A stretch of 64,000 nucleotides of DNA from Octopus sinensis (taxonomy: Eukaryota): NCBI RefSeq assembly GCF_006345805.1, contig NC_043010.1, positions 7,626,001 through 7,690,000 on the forward strand, read 5' to 3'. Below the pieces are notes generated by a model. That model saw only the letters and a list, made by a program, of their open reading frames with translations. It was not told where the DNA came from and ran no database searches. How positions within the stretch are numbered: the first letter of the stretch is position 1; each line of letters starts with the position of its first letter. A program made the translations under genes and the position numbers. This document shows, piece after piece, positions 1-13,849 of this stretch.

Positions 1-237
1 AAATACACACATGTGTGTGTGTATTTATACATGCACATGCATATATACATTTACAGATCTATACATATATACAGATAGAGAGAGAGAGAGAGAGGGGGGG
101 GAGGGGGAGAAGGGGAGGGAGAGAGAGAGAGGAGGGAGAGAGAGAGGTGAGAGAGAGATTTCTAGATAGATATATGCACATACATCTATACTCAGTTATT
201 TATATACCAATCTATTCTATCTTCCTATATATATATA

Positions 238-296
<59 letters not shown>

Positions 297-380
297 TGTA
301 TGCATGCATGTATACACACACAACATATATATATATAATAAATAAATGAATAATATATATATATATATATACATATATAG

Positions 381-413
<33 letters not shown>

Positions 414-867
414 AAGAGAGAGAGGAGAGAGAGAGACACATAGCATTAGCAATATAAAAGGTATGAACTGACTACAAACAGGAGCAAAGGCTAGGTTGTT
501 ATTTGTCACGGAGAGCTTGGTTACATTTTTTTTTCTGTAAGTTACTCAACTTATCAAGAATATCTATTTTTGTTTGCTTCACTTCCATAGAATTTTGCAG
601 TCATTAACCCATTTGATACAAACCAGTCTGAAACCAGCTTATTTTCTCTGATACAAATTCCTTGTTTTAAAAGGATCAAAGTGAAAAATCCTTCATCGAA
701 TTTTAACACCAACTTAATATTGGTTTCAAATTTTGATACAAGGCCAGCAAGCTTCAGGTGGGGTGGGTATAAATCGATTTTCTTAACTCTGACCCCAGTG
801 TTTGACAGGTGCTCATTTTATCAACCCTGAAAGAATAAAAGAACTGTCAACCTTGGTGGAATTTGAG

Positions 868-1060
868 CTCTTTTACTTGTTTCAGTCATTTGACTGCAGC
901 CATGCTGGAGCACCACCTTTAGCCGAGCAAATTGACCTCAGGACTTATTCTTCGTAAGCCTAGTACTTATTCTATTGGTCTCTTTTGCTGAACTGCTAAA
1001 TTACAGTGACGTAAACACACCAGCATCGGTTGTCAAGCGATGTTGAGGGGACAAACGCAG

Positions 1061-1093
<33 letters not shown>

Positions 1094-1256
1094 CATATAT
1101 ACGATGGGCTTCTTTCAGTTTCCATCTACCAAATCCACTCACAAGGCTTTGGTCGGCCCAAAGCTATAGTAGAAGACACTTGCCCAAGGTGCCACGCAGT
1201 GGGACTGAACCTCGAACCATGTGGTTGGTAAGGAAGCTACTTACCACACAGCCACT
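868..1256 (-). mobile_element. tRNA-derived SINE, family A (CCTTGGGCAAGT CORE-like block, internal TA/CA microsatellite, (AAAGAGT)n tail)
   Basis: Reverse complement matches the many copies at 7355, 38610, 63542: A-box TGGCTGTGTGG, B-box-like GGTTCAGTCCC, 3' end GACTGAAACAAGTAAAAGAG. Confidence 0.9.
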
Positions 1257-1661
1257 AAAAATCTATTGACAGATGGAATGCTGCTAGGCATTTCGTCCAG
1301 AATGCAAACAACTCTGCTAGTTTGCTGTCTTACATCAGGTCGACACTGATTTCAAATTTTGGCACAAGACCAGCAATTTTAGGGGTGGGGGATAAGTGAA
1401 CTACATCAACCCCAGCAGTACTTACTGGTACTTACTGTATCAACCCTGAAAGGGTGGAAGGCAGAAAAGAACCTCGATAGAATTTGTGCACAGAACATGA
1501 AGAAAGACAAAATGTCCCTAACTTTTCTGTCCAGCATGCCAACAATTCTGCCAACTCACTCAGTCATACCAGTTTACTATTGATAGTTATTTCAATAAAT
1601 TCTTCATTATTTTCAAGACTAATGAAACAAAAGCAGTATATTTCAGCATTAGTATGGTTAT

Positions 1662-2003
1662 CAGGTCAGGTCAGGACCCCCTTCGGTCATGACAGTGACC
1701 ATGGGATTGCACCTAGAAAGTTACCCTCCTAGTCACAAGTCTGAGCAAGGTGGTTTATGGAAGACCAGCAGTTGCCCATGCATACCGGCCTCCCCTCTCC
1801 ATGCCACCAGTGTTATCCAAGGGAAAGGCAAAGGGGCCGATACAGCTTGGCACCCGTGACATCGCAACTTATTTCTACAGCTGAGTTAACTGGAGTAACG
1901 TGAAATAAAGTGTCTTGCTCAAGAACACAACATGCAGCCCGGTCCAGGATTTGCGCTCACAACCTCACGGTCGTAGGCTCGACGCTCTAACCACTGAGCC
2001 ATG
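1662..2003 (-). mobile_element. tRNA-derived SINE, family E, with (CCTGA)n tail
   Basis: On the minus strand it starts ATGGCTCAGTGGTTAGAGCG (A-box), has a central TTCTTGAGCAAGACACTTTAT block and ends in CCTGACCTGACCTGACC. Confidence 0.75.
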
Positions 2004-2300
2004 GTTATAAAGTGGTGTAGATGAGCAACAATTTCAACATTTTATAAAATAAATGAGAATGGAATAAAATAGTTTTTTGTGTGGTTTAACATTTTTCTTA
2101 CCACACTTCTGTTGAGATTCTGTCTTTATTTCAATTAATTTTAAATACAATAAAGAATTTAGTAAAATAATTTTGCTATTATTAAGGTTGTGTTAAGAGC
2201 ATAAATTACCACAACATTTACCAGGACAGGATAATGGGCAAGGCCACAAATTCTTGAGGTGAGAGAACAAGTCAATTATATTGATTCCAGCAATATAAAA

Positions 2301-2532
2301 AGGCGGTGAGCTGGCAGAAACGTTAGCACGCCGGGCGAAATGCGTTGCCGTATTTCGTCTGCCGTTACGTTCCGAGTTCAAATTCTGCCGAGGTCGACTT
2401 TGCCTTTCATCCTTCCGGGGTCGATAAATTAAGTACCAGTTACACACTGGGGTCGATGTAATCAACTTAATCCATTTGTCTGTACTTGTTTGTCCCCTCT
2501 ATGTTTAGCCCCTTGTGGGTAGTAAAGAAATA
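2301..2532 (+). mobile_element. SINE family B (Meta-domain-like core GTCGACTTTGCCTTTCATCCTT.CGGGGTCGATAAATTAAGTACC)
   Basis: Near-identical copies at 8902, 11018, 51835, 58340; flanked by 16-bp TSD TATATTGATTCCAGCA (2277-2292 / 2533-2548). The MetaSINE assignment is from recalled consensus, not a search. Confidence 0.85.
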
Positions 2533-3239
2533 TATATTGATTCCAGCACTTGACTGGTACTTATTGACCCCAAAGGGATGAAAAGCAAAGTTTCCCTCAA
2601 TGGGATTTGAACTCACCCATAAAGAGCCAGAAAAAATGTTTTTCAGAATTTTGCCTCACATGCTAATGATTCCACCATCTTGTTGCCTTCACTGTACAAG
2701 TACAACTTCAAAATAAATCTATCATATATATTTATTATTACTCCTGTTACTCACTGTCTTCCACTCTTCTGCATCTCTCTATCATCTCCAGCTCATAGCT
2801 CTTGTCTCATCCTTCCAGCAGCCCTACCCGTTTTGGCAGTCTCCACCCCACCCATTTCTCATTCACCTACCCATAACAATCTTACAAACCCACCCAACCA
2901 CTTCGATCCAGCTCATGCTCTGTGGAGCTTTTGGAGGTATCCAGGCTGCTTGTGGAGCAACCTGAGTACATTGTTTTACACCAATTTATTCATTTGGAAT
3001 AATACCAATGATATCTTCGAAACATGTGTCGGAAGTAAAAGAATTTGAATAACACTTGCATTTAACTCCATTTATTTATTTATATAAATTATACAAAATA
3101 TTTCATGTAAACTCAGAGTTTCTACCTTTAAAAATAAGGAGTTTTTACCTTTTTACCTGTGTGATTTTTTTGCTACCCTGATAACTATCTATTTTTTCTG
3201 TGTTAATTGTAAACAAGGGAAAAATACACACATCTATCA

Positions 3240-3369
<130 letters not shown>

Positions 3370-3723
3370 ACTCTGTGACAATTTAAACAGATTTTTGCCA
3401 CTGTCTATGGCAAACCTCATTAGACGTTTTTCCTCCAAGGTCAGACATCTAAATAGTTATTGGTCACATTTGCCCTTCTATAGATTTACTAAATCCTACC
3501 ACTGAGCCAGGACTACTTGCTCATCTAGAAATCTTATAGGAATTAATGATGAAAACCTTACTTAGATAAGAATTGTGTAAAGAAAAAAAGAAAGCATAAA
3601 CTATAATTTTAATTTTGTTTCTGATAAGAAGAATGTTTAGTCTTCGCTACATCTGCTCCGAATCAAACCACTGAAAAATATTTACATGTCAAATATTTAT
3701 CTGTTAAGTGCATCTAACAGAGA

Positions 3724-3796
3724 TAAAGTTTATACTGATACAGTAAATATTAAGTTAGATGTAAAGTTTATACTGATACAGTAAATATTAAGTTAG
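3724..3796. repeat. Tandem duplication of a ~38-bp unit
   Basis: TAAAGTTTATACTGATACAGTAAATATTAAGTTAG occurs twice back to back. Confidence 0.9.
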
Positions 3797-4264
3797 CTTT
3801 GCGTTCAATGTCACATTTGTAATCACATTAAGCTGAGAAAATAACAGGTTTGATAAACTTCCAATAAACAAATTCAAGAAAATCTTATGTCTGTACATGT
3901 ACAAGCCAACAAAGAACCCCTCTGTGGTTGCTTGACAGGTTAGAAATAACAGCCAAAATCTCCTTCAAACCAAACCTTACAGATAAATCCAAGAAATTCG
4001 GTTGAGAGTAAATAATATAAATTTTGTCCTATTGTAAAAACATTATGTTTCAGATGCAATAACCTTGTTATTAATATTTGTAGGGGGATGGATGGTGTTA
4101 GCTAAATTAAATTGTAACATTATGTAGTAATAGATATATGATAATTGCATACACTGAGAGAGGGAGAGAGAGAGAGAGAAAGAGAGACTGGATGACCATC
4201 AATGAATGCTTTTTCCTCATTGGTTTTCATAGTCAGGGTTGACCTAGGGCTAAACAGCAACTTA

Positions 4265-4668
4265 TAGGTGCAGAAACATGGCTGTGTGGTTAAGAAGATC
4301 ACTTTGCAACCATGAAGTTTCAGGTTTGGTTCCACTAAGCAGCACCTTGGGCAAGTATTTCCTACCACAGTCATAGCATAACCAATACCTTGTGAATGAA
4401 TTTTGTAGACAGAAACTGTAAGGAAGCATGTTGTACAGGTGTTTGTGTGTTTGTTCTTTTTGTATGTGATTCTCCCTCAAACCACTTGCCAACTGATGTT
4501 AGTTTGTTTACATTCCAGTGACTTAGCAGTTTGACACAAGAGACCAAAAGAATAAGTACCGGACTATAAAAAATTAGTACTGGAATCAATTTGTTTGTCT
4601 ATACCTTTCAAGACTTTGTCCTAGCATGGTCACAGTCCAAAGACTGAAACAAATAAAAGATAAAAGAA
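4265..4668 (+). mobile_element. Older, diverged family A SINE
   Basis: ATGGCTGTGTGGTTAAG...CACCTTGGGCAAGT...GACTGAAACAAATAAAAGA, colinear with family A. Confidence 0.8.
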
Positions 4669-4766
4669 CATTCAGTCTATTTGCTGAGGAGGTGTAATAA
4701 GACAGAAATATGCCCAGACTTGTTATAATGCTTGCCAACAATCAGACTCACTGCATGACTAAGCAC

Positions 4767-5059
4767 CAGTGATGTACCTAGGGTAAGCCATGCCCAGGGC
4801 AAGACACAAAAATGTCCCCTCCGCAATTACAAAATCGACACTATTATATAGTATTTATTTGTTACAAGCAATATTTTAGGATTACTTTACCAGGGTTCAT
4901 TTACCTGCACTTCAGTACAGCCTGTTATTCAAAATATATTTTTTGAATGTTTACTTTTATAAATTCTAGAAATGGAGTTCAAACTTATCGTATTATGGTC
5001 AATTCTGCACCCCACTTCAATTGGTGCCCATCTTCCCCCCACCCCTGTTTATGCTACTG
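4767..5059. mobile_element. hAT-type MITE (decayed)
   Basis: Ends CAGTGATGTA... / ...TATGCTACTG (imperfect TIR); 8-bp flanking repeats CTAAGCAC (4759-4766) and CTCAGCAC (5060-5067), the TSD length typical of hAT. Confidence 0.6.
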
Positions 5060-5367
5060 CTCAGCACATTCAATTTTTAATCAATTTAGATCCTAGAGTT
5101 GTCTTCCTTGCCTTTTATGACAAGGATTATAATTAACGCTAGTAATTTTTCTCTTCATTACATGTGTAATTTTAATTGATTAATAATATATCTGCTCTCA
5201 ATAGCTATATTAAGCATTAAACATGTAAGTATGGTAGTTCTTATTTATCTACTAATTTTTCAAGCTACCAATGGAATTGATATCACTTAGTATTGTCTTG
5301 TATTGTCCTTAGTATATTATGTATGTATGAGTATACATGCGTGTATGTTTGTGTATGTGTATATCTA

Positions 5368-5402
<35 letters not shown>

Positions 5403-5633
5403 ATGTGTGTGTACATACAGATATATATAATTGTATGTATGTAAGTATATATACATATATACATATATACATATATATGCATACATATATATACATATAT
5501 ATATATATATACATATATATATGTATATATATATATAATTGTTCGTTTGTTTTCCACCTGCCTTCGTTTTTGTCTATTTTCATAAAGCTTCCCGTATATA
5601 TGTATATATATGTATACATACATACATAAATAC

Positions 5634-5733
<100 letters not shown>

Positions 5734-5778
5734 CATATATATGTATATACATATATATATATATACATACATATACAT

Positions 5779-5812
<34 letters not shown>

Positions 5813-5823
5813 ACATATACATA

Positions 5824-5864
<41 letters not shown>

Positions 5865-6824
5865 CATATACATATATATATATTATATACATACATATAT
5901 ATATATATACATATATATATTACTACTTGTCCTTGACAACCTTTATGCTTCCTTTACTTCTGCACATGCTATCTCTTCTTCTTTTTTATTTTTCCTTTTG
6001 TCTTCACTGCTTTTTCAAGAATGTCAGCTAAGATATATATATATACAACGTGTTCTTCTTTCCTTCTTTTCATTTATTGAGAAAAATATCGTAAAGCAAA
6101 AGGATGTGCCAGGTATTGCTAAGCCTCTTCTTCGCGGTGGTCCATGGCCTTTGCCAAGTCAGCGCTCTACGTACTTTAAGTCAATGACGGCCTTTTTTGC
6201 TTTAGCATTGATAGCTTTTGCGGGACTGATGCCAGCTGTGTCACTGCCTACTCTTAGGATATTTTGCAACTTCAAAAAGCTTTGCCTCGAGCACAAATAG
6301 ATTCTTCCATAACAGATATTGCAGAGCAACTAAATATCTAGTAATGCATATTGCCTTATCGATGCTGTTTACATTGATTTATGATGAATGATAGGGAAGG
6401 AAAATATTGCAATAAATATATTTTCTTAGACAAAGTAAACACTGTTTATAATTTGAACCAATAAACTATATCTTAATGTATGCAAACATATGTTCCTATC
6501 CTTGATGTTATTCCTACTACTGTTGAAGATGACGATGGTGGTGATGATGGTGGCAATAAAGGTGATGACAGTCATGTAAATGAGAAGTAAGATTATAAAT
6601 AAGAAGAAAGAATGGGTTAGGAATGCAAGGAGAAATTTTGTTATTATTATTATTATTATTATATGACAATATTTTAGTGATGGCCATAGAGACAAATTTC
6701 TGATTACATTACACAGATGTATGAAAGAACTTAAAAATATATTTCAAGAAATAAATGCTGACAGTTAGAAAGAATATATAAGATTTTAAATGAAAATTAA
6801 ATTTTCAACAAAATCATGTATATA

Positions 6825-6859
<35 letters not shown>

Positions 6860-6913
6860 ATATAGATATATATATATGTATGTATGTATGTATAGATAAT
6901 GTGTATATACATG

Positions 6914-6983
<70 letters not shown>

Positions 6984-7354
6984 TAGATAGATAGATAGAT
7001 AGATAGATATAGATATGTATGTATATATATATTATATATATATATATATTTATATATATAAGCACAGTAAAAGCAATGAGGCTAGCAACATATGTTATAC
7101 TAATTAACATTTAAACATCTTTTGATTTATAACTGACTGTTAAAGTGGAACATATTTAATTAGATAGCTGGCTTAATCACCATAACTTTATAATTATATT
7201 TGAATCTCTAACGAGCAACAAACAGTGCATGAGCCAATGTTACTCTTTTCCAAGGGAATAAAGTAATTTTGTGATCTCATTGCTGTAGTAAATAACCCTT
7301 TACCGCAAAAAAAATCTATTCCCTACCACAAAGATTAAAAATATATACCCATAC

Positions 7355-7775
7355 AGGCGCAGGAGTGGCTGTGTGGTAAGTAGCTTGTTTACCAACCACA
7401 TGGTTTTGGGTTCAGTCTCACTGCGCGGCACCTTGGGCAAGTGTCTTCTACTATAGCCTCGGGCCGACCAAAGCCTTGTGAGTGGATTTGGTAGACGGAA
7501 ACTGAAAGAAGCCCGTCGTATATATGTATATATATATATGCGTGTGTGTTTTTGTGTGTCTGTGTTTGTCCCCCTAGCATTGCTTGACAACCGATGCTGG
7601 TGTGTTTATGTCCCCGTTACTTAGCGGTTCGGCAAAAGAGACCGATAGAATAAGTACTGGGGCTTACAAAAGAATAAGTCCCGCGGTCGAGTTGCTCGAT
7701 TAAAAGGCGGTGCTCCAGCATGGCCGCAGTCAAATGACTGAAACAAGTAAAAGAGTATAAAAGAGTAAAAGAGTA
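7355..7775 (+). mobile_element. Family A SINE, full length
   Basis: AGGCGCAGGAGTGGCTGTGTGGTAAG head, GGGTTCAGTCTC B-box, central microsatellite, (AAAAGAGT)n tail. Confidence 0.92.
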
Positions 7776-8901
7776 TACATTCTTACTATAGCTTTTCCAT
7801 GAGTATCAAAGATGCATTATAGCCACTAAAGCCCCCCCCCCCAGACAACAGATTCACTCACAAACAATTACTGTGTTATCATTAAACACAGCCGCCGCCC
7901 TTATGCATAATCACTACTTTCACTGCTATGTTGAGATTGATTAAAAAGAAAAAAGAAAAAGAAAAAGTAAATGAGACATGAATAATAATAATAATAATAA
8001 TAAAAAAATAATAATGCTAACTCTTCTCTTTTGCTTTGATTGATTGCACTACATTTTCATTTCAATTAAATGTAAGCACAAATGGCTGAATTATTTGAGA
8101 GTAGTATTCGAAGGGAAATTTTTGCTGTTATGGCGTGTTAGTAATGATTTCATATAATGTGGAATTATGAGATATGTATTTAGAATACATTTATGGATAA
8201 AATGTGAAAGATCTTTAATGTGAAATGTTGACAAAGATAATCAAGATAGTTTAATAGCAAAAATTCAAATAAAAGTTCATATAGCTTTGTGTTGTTCACT
8301 AACATAGATTAATATACTTTCATGTTAAACTCTAAAACAGAAAGAAAAAAAAGGTTAATATACATTATTGTTAAACCTTTTCAATAGCATTAGTTTTAAT
8401 GTTTAAACTTCAATAAAAGCTGATAGTTGTCAATTTTAAACATAATAATAGAAATAATTCCAATTGTAGGTGTTCTTCATTGATGCATTGCATTCAATCT
8501 AGTTTATATTCAATAAAAGCAGTTGTCATTTGAAGTGTTCCTAGTTTACATTTGCTATGTAATGAAGTATTCAGCCTTGCAGGAAAACACACAAACACAC
8601 ACACACACACACACACAAACAAACACGTACACACACACACACACATACACGCACACGTACACACACATTCACATACACACAAACAAAATGTATTTTAAAA
8701 TGCTGTCATACTGACCTCTAACTCGTATTATATTTATAAGTCTCTTGGGTTTTTTGAACTCAGGTGAATACTTTGTTGGGTCACAGATTAATTTGATTTA
8801 ACGAGAGATATTTCAACATGATTTTTTTTTTTTTAAATGGAGAAGTATTTACATCCATAAGGAAATATTTTGGTTGTATGTGTGCAGGTATACATACAAG
8901 T

Positions 8902-9134
8902 AAGGTGGCGAGCTGGCAGAATCGTTAGCACACCGGGCGAAATGCTTAGCTGTATTTCGTCTGCCACTGCGTTCTGAGTTCAAATTCCACCGAGGTCGAC
9001 TTTGCTTTTGATCCTTCCGGGGTCGATAAATTAAGTACCAGTTACACACTGAGGTCGATGTAATCGACTTAATCAATTTGGTTGTCCTTGTTTGTCCCTT
9101 TCTGTGTTTAGCCCCTTGTGGGTAGTACAGAAAT
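8902..9134 (+). mobile_element. SINE family B
   Basis: Colinear with the 2301 copy; TSD AGGTATACATACA(A/T)GTAAG at 8886-8904 and 9135-9153. Confidence 0.88.
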
Positions 9135-9853
9135 AGGTATACATACATGTAAGTATGTAAGCATGCATGTGTGTGAATTGTGTGTGAATTGTGTGCGTGT
9201 GTGTGCACATGTGTGTGTGTGTGCTTGTGGTTATAGAAGGATATAGTAGAAGACACTTGCCCAAGTGCAACTGAACCTGAAGCCAGGCGGTTGGGAAACA
9301 CACTTCACATTGGCACTTTAAAGCAGATTTTCTTTAAACTCTCCCAGGGAAATGTGCCAGTAATTTCTCATTTGATCTCTAGCGTCTTATGAAACCAAAA
9401 AGGTAGAAAACCACTGTCTTAATATTTTAACAGTTGCTGGACTTCTTTTCTTTTATTCTTTTACTTGTGTCAGGCATTAAACTGTGGCCATGCATGGGCA
9501 CCGCCTAGAAAAATTTCAGTCAAATAAGTCAACCCCAGTACTTTTTTTTAAATTTTCTAAACCTGGTACTTATTCTGTCCATCTCCTTTGCTGAACATGC
9601 ATATGTATGGGTTACTATTCAGAAACCCGGGTCCATGTGTATCACGTCAGGCTAGAGATGGGAGCGATGATTTCCCTTTGCAAATTCTGATCGGGCACAG
9701 ACAGCATGTCGTTAACCAGCTGGAGGAGATGTCTTCCTGGGGCTATAAACTACAGTAGCATCGACCCATATGGGTCAGCCACATTTAGGTGGCAAATGTA
9801 CTTCACAATGTCATGCTGCTACAGTTTAATTCTGGCTCAGAGATTTATAATTA

Positions 9854-9889
<36 letters not shown>

Positions 9890-10040
9890 TGTATGTATGT
9901 ATGTACACTTGATGTATGCTTGCATGTTTGTACGTGTGTGTGTGTATGTACGTATGCATGTATGTATGTATGTATGCATGTATGTATGCATGTATGTATG
10001 TATGTATGTAGGTATGTATGTATGTATGGATGGATGGATG

Positions 10041-10124
<84 letters not shown>

Positions 10125-11017
10125 CAACCGGCTTCTTTCAGTTTCTGTCTACCAAATCCACTCAGAAGGCTTTGGTCAGCCTGAGGCTGTAATAGAAGAC
10201 ACATGTCTAGGGTTCCACATGGTGGGAGTGAACCCCTGGTAGATAATTTTTCCAAAACTAATACATATGTATTTCCAAAACGAATATCTTTACATAACAA
10301 ACCTTAGCTCTACAGATATTTGCTAATATGGGGGGAAAAAATGGAATGTATGTAACACATGTCAATGTTGATACACATTTGCTGAAAGGTAACTGTCTTA
10401 GAGATCAAACTAACATAGATATTTTTCTATTATGAATTCTATAACCCACACCAATGGATCTCAATACATAGTAATGTTTTCCATCACCTCAAAATTTTAA
10501 AGCGTGATAATAAGAATGACATAACAACATTTTATTTTATCTATTTATTTGGTTTTTTTTTTTTTGGTTTTTTTTTGACTAATGTCAAAACTCAGTAGTG
10601 TTGCTTGCAAGATAACCAGTCATGCCAAACCATGAAAACAGTGAAAGAAATCTCTCTGAATGTCAAATTTTTGAGACATCATATATATATGTCAGCTATT
10701 CATATTTTAACATCATTCACCTTCATCTTCAGTAGAAGCAAAATGAGTGAAAGAGTTGTAGTAAAACAAAAAAGTGTGAGTTGCATTTTTGTTTTAGAAA
10801 CATTAAAAAAAAAGTATGTAAAGAAACTTGAGTTGCTCTTATTTACTTTTACCAATATGTTGTCAACAAATATATATAGATAATACTAACATTTGGGTCT
10901 TGAAAAAAATGAGCTATAACTTTTTATCTTTTAACGTAACATGTTTTGAATTCAAACCTTGATACAGTTGTTGTGTCTTGTATATTCAGGGCATGGTATA
11001 TTTCCCTGTCTGTTTTT

Positions 11018-11469
11018 GCGAGCTGGCAGAAACGTTAGCACGCCAGGTGAAATGCATAGCCATATTTCGTCTGTCGTTACGTACTGAGTTCAAATTCCGC
11101 CGAGGTCGACTTTGCCTTTCATCCTTTCGGGGTCGATAAATTAAGTACCAGTTACGCACTGGGGTCGATGTAATCAACTTAACCCTTTCATTACTGCATT
11201 TATTTTGAGATGCTCTGTATTTTTTTCAATTACTTTAAATATAACAAAGAATTTAGTAAAATAACTTGGTTATCATTCAGCTAGTGTTAGGAGCATAAAT
11301 TGTGACTAAGGTTTGGTGGAAGATTTTAATTGAGAATTTATGAACACAAGACATTTGTACTAAAGAGCCAGAGCCGGTTTCAGCCGGGTTGGCAATGAAA
11401 GGGTTAATCTCTTTGTCTGTCCTTGTTTGTCCTCTCTGTGTCTAGTCCCTTGTAGGTAGTAAAGAAATA
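11018..11469 (+). mobile_element. SINE family B interrupted by a TTAA MITE
   Basis: SINE sequence stops at ...AACTTAA (11182) and resumes after TTAA (11404-11407); TSD GGTATATTTC(C/A)CTGTCTG at 10995 and 11470. Confidence 0.85.
11183..11403. mobile_element. piggyBac-type MITE (221 bp)
   Basis: TTAA duplication on both sides; TIR CCCTTTCATT / AATGAAAGGG. The empty site is visible in sister SINE copies. Decayed relatives near 605-720, 2086-2220 and 44285-44344. Confidence 0.88.
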
Positions 11470-12350
11470 GGTATATTTCACTGTCTGCTCTAGTCTACCT
11501 TGTAGAAGAAGACTGAGAAATAGATTCATCAGCAAAATGATGATGATGATGATAATTATGATGATGAACACAATCATGATCATGATCATCATCATCATTG
11601 TTATCATCATCATCGTCGTCGTCATCGTCACCCGCACTATTTAGCATCTGTTTTCCAGGCTGGCATTGGTTGACTGATTCAACAAGAGCAGGTGAGCCAG
11701 AGGACTGCATCAAGCCAGCTTCAATGTCTGCTTTAACATGGTTCCTATGACTGGATGCCCTTTCTAATGCTTATCGCTTCACACATTGTATTGAGTGTGG
11801 TTTGCATGATACTAGCACTGGTGAGGTCACCAAGTAATTTGGAAGACAAGACTTATCTATAATGAAGGGTCTTCATGCATATACATGTCCATGTATATAT
11901 GAAGCTGTATATAAATATATACACACACAGACACATGCACACATGCACCCCCCCCCACACACATATACACATACATACACACAACATGATCACACACACA
12001 CACACACGCACACAAGCAGTTTATATATATAGCACATTGATATGGTTGCTTTAACTCCTAGAGATAGGTGCTAAATCTCCCTCCAATTTAACTTAAATAA
12101 TAAAAATAAATTTGCAAAAAATAGTCCTGGTTATATATAAAAAAAATGAAATGGCTGTGTCTGTAATGCTTTTGATAATAGGCCTGTTCAATCAGCTAAA
12201 CACCAAGGAAACAATATCATATTAAAACACATTCTCTTTGAAAATTTCTAATAAACTTTAAAGGCACACTGAATTGTAGAATTAGCTAGAAAAACCAATG
12301 TTGTAGTTTTAACATTAAATTTCTATAAACAGTGGTTGGTCACATGTAAC

Positions 12351-12410
12351 TCATCTAGACATCTGGTGTTTTGATATCATCTAGACATCTGGTGTTTTGA
12401 TATTATCTGA
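12351..12410. repeat. Short tandem duplication (~26 bp)
   Basis: TCATCTAGACATCTGGTGTTTTGATA twice, then a partial third copy. Confidence 0.85.
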
Positions 12411-13054
12411 TATCATTCTCTTGCAACTATAGAGATTCATTTTTATCATAATTTGGTTCTGAAATTGGGTTTTAACCATCTCAGCTATAAGACAGCAATG
12501 AACCGATAACTTCTTAGAAGTGTCGTGATAAGTGACAACTTCACGTTAGAAACCTAAAATCTCTGACTCAATAACAGATATTTATCTTTTTATCAAGTGT
12601 ATCTCAGAATTCTTACAAACAAGTAAAATGAAATATCTACTTCAAGCCAGTAATAAACTTGATTCTTCTGTCTAACACCTTGTCTGCAAAGATAGTAACT
12701 GATATCTTTGAAAACATATCAAAAGGAAACTAGTTAGGAAAGCTTACTGGATTGTGAGTTTGATAAGTGATTTGGAAAAAGACACATTGTAATTTTCTTA
12801 TGGCATTTAAATCAAGCGTGTAAACAAAGTGAGAGGAGAGATGGGCAGGGAAAGGGAATTTATCTTGGATCACTCTGAAGAATTCATCCTTCATTTCGGC
12901 AAGTTACAAACAAGTATTTAAAAAGAAATAAAATTAATTAACAGTAATTTCTTATTTTCCAGTTGTGTGAATTTTAATAAATTATAAAAACAAAAGGTAA
13001 TTAATTTACTAATGTATATAAGGTCCCAAATTAGTTCAATGACCAAAACATGAC

Positions 13055-13373
13055 ATAGGTAAGATCACAGAATAAAGTCATTCATTATAGATAAGATCAT
13101 AGAATAAGGTTCTTCATTATAGGTAAGATCATAGAATAAGGTTCTTCATTATAGGTAAGATCACAGAATAAGGTCATTCATTATAGGTAAGATCATAGAA
13201 TAAGGTTCTCCATTATAGGTAAGATCATAGAAGAAGGTTCTTCATTATAGGTAAGATCATAGAATAAGGTCTTCATTATAGGTAAGATCATAGAATAAGG
13301 TTCTTCATTATAGGTAAGATCATAGAATAAGGTTCTTCATTATAGGTAAGATCACAGAATAAGGTCATTCATT
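13055..13373. repeat. 32-bp minisatellite, 10 copies
   Basis: Unit ATAGGTAAGATCATAGAATAAGGTTCTTCATT, with a variant (TCACAG...GTCATTCA) at copies 1, 4 and 10. A degenerate relative lies at ~14610-14765. Confidence 0.95.
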
Positions 13374-13849
13374 AAGGTAGTAGTAGTATCCAGATGGTGC
13401 ACCGTGGCACAACTAAGTGTTTTCAGAAAATTATGAAAATTATATTAAAAGAAAAAGAAGAGACTAATACAAGCTAAAATTAGAAACATAAAGTTTTCAT
13501 AACTATATTTTATCTGTTGAATAAAAAAAAAACAGTTTAAGGCTTCCTGCAGTATAAATAATTTATATCTATAGGCTAAAATATATAGAACTCATTTTTT
13601 AATACATTTTCTTTGACATTAGACACAAAATGTACCAAAATAGACTTTTATCCTAAAAAGTAATAACACAACAACAACAATAATAACAAGCATTTTCAAA
13701 TCCATTTTCTCTGCTAATGCAAGGGGTAAAAGAGAAGAAGACTATCATGTGGTTTACAAGACCCTATGACAGTCTTTTCCATTTTTTTCCCTACGTCTTC
13801 CTTCATCAGCTTCTGTATCTTGATCTGAATTAAGTACAAATATATCTGT

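Noticed and set aside
77-160. G-run cluster (G-quadruplex potential)
   Set aside because: Part of a (GA)n microsatellite; no contextual support.
1030-1269. Recurrent peptides such as [42 protein letters not shown] and CNWYLIYRPRKDERQSRPR
   Set aside because: Antisense translations of SINE families A and B, not a gene family.
13055-13373. 32-bp repeat array as CRISPR
   Set aside because: Units are contiguous with no unique spacers.
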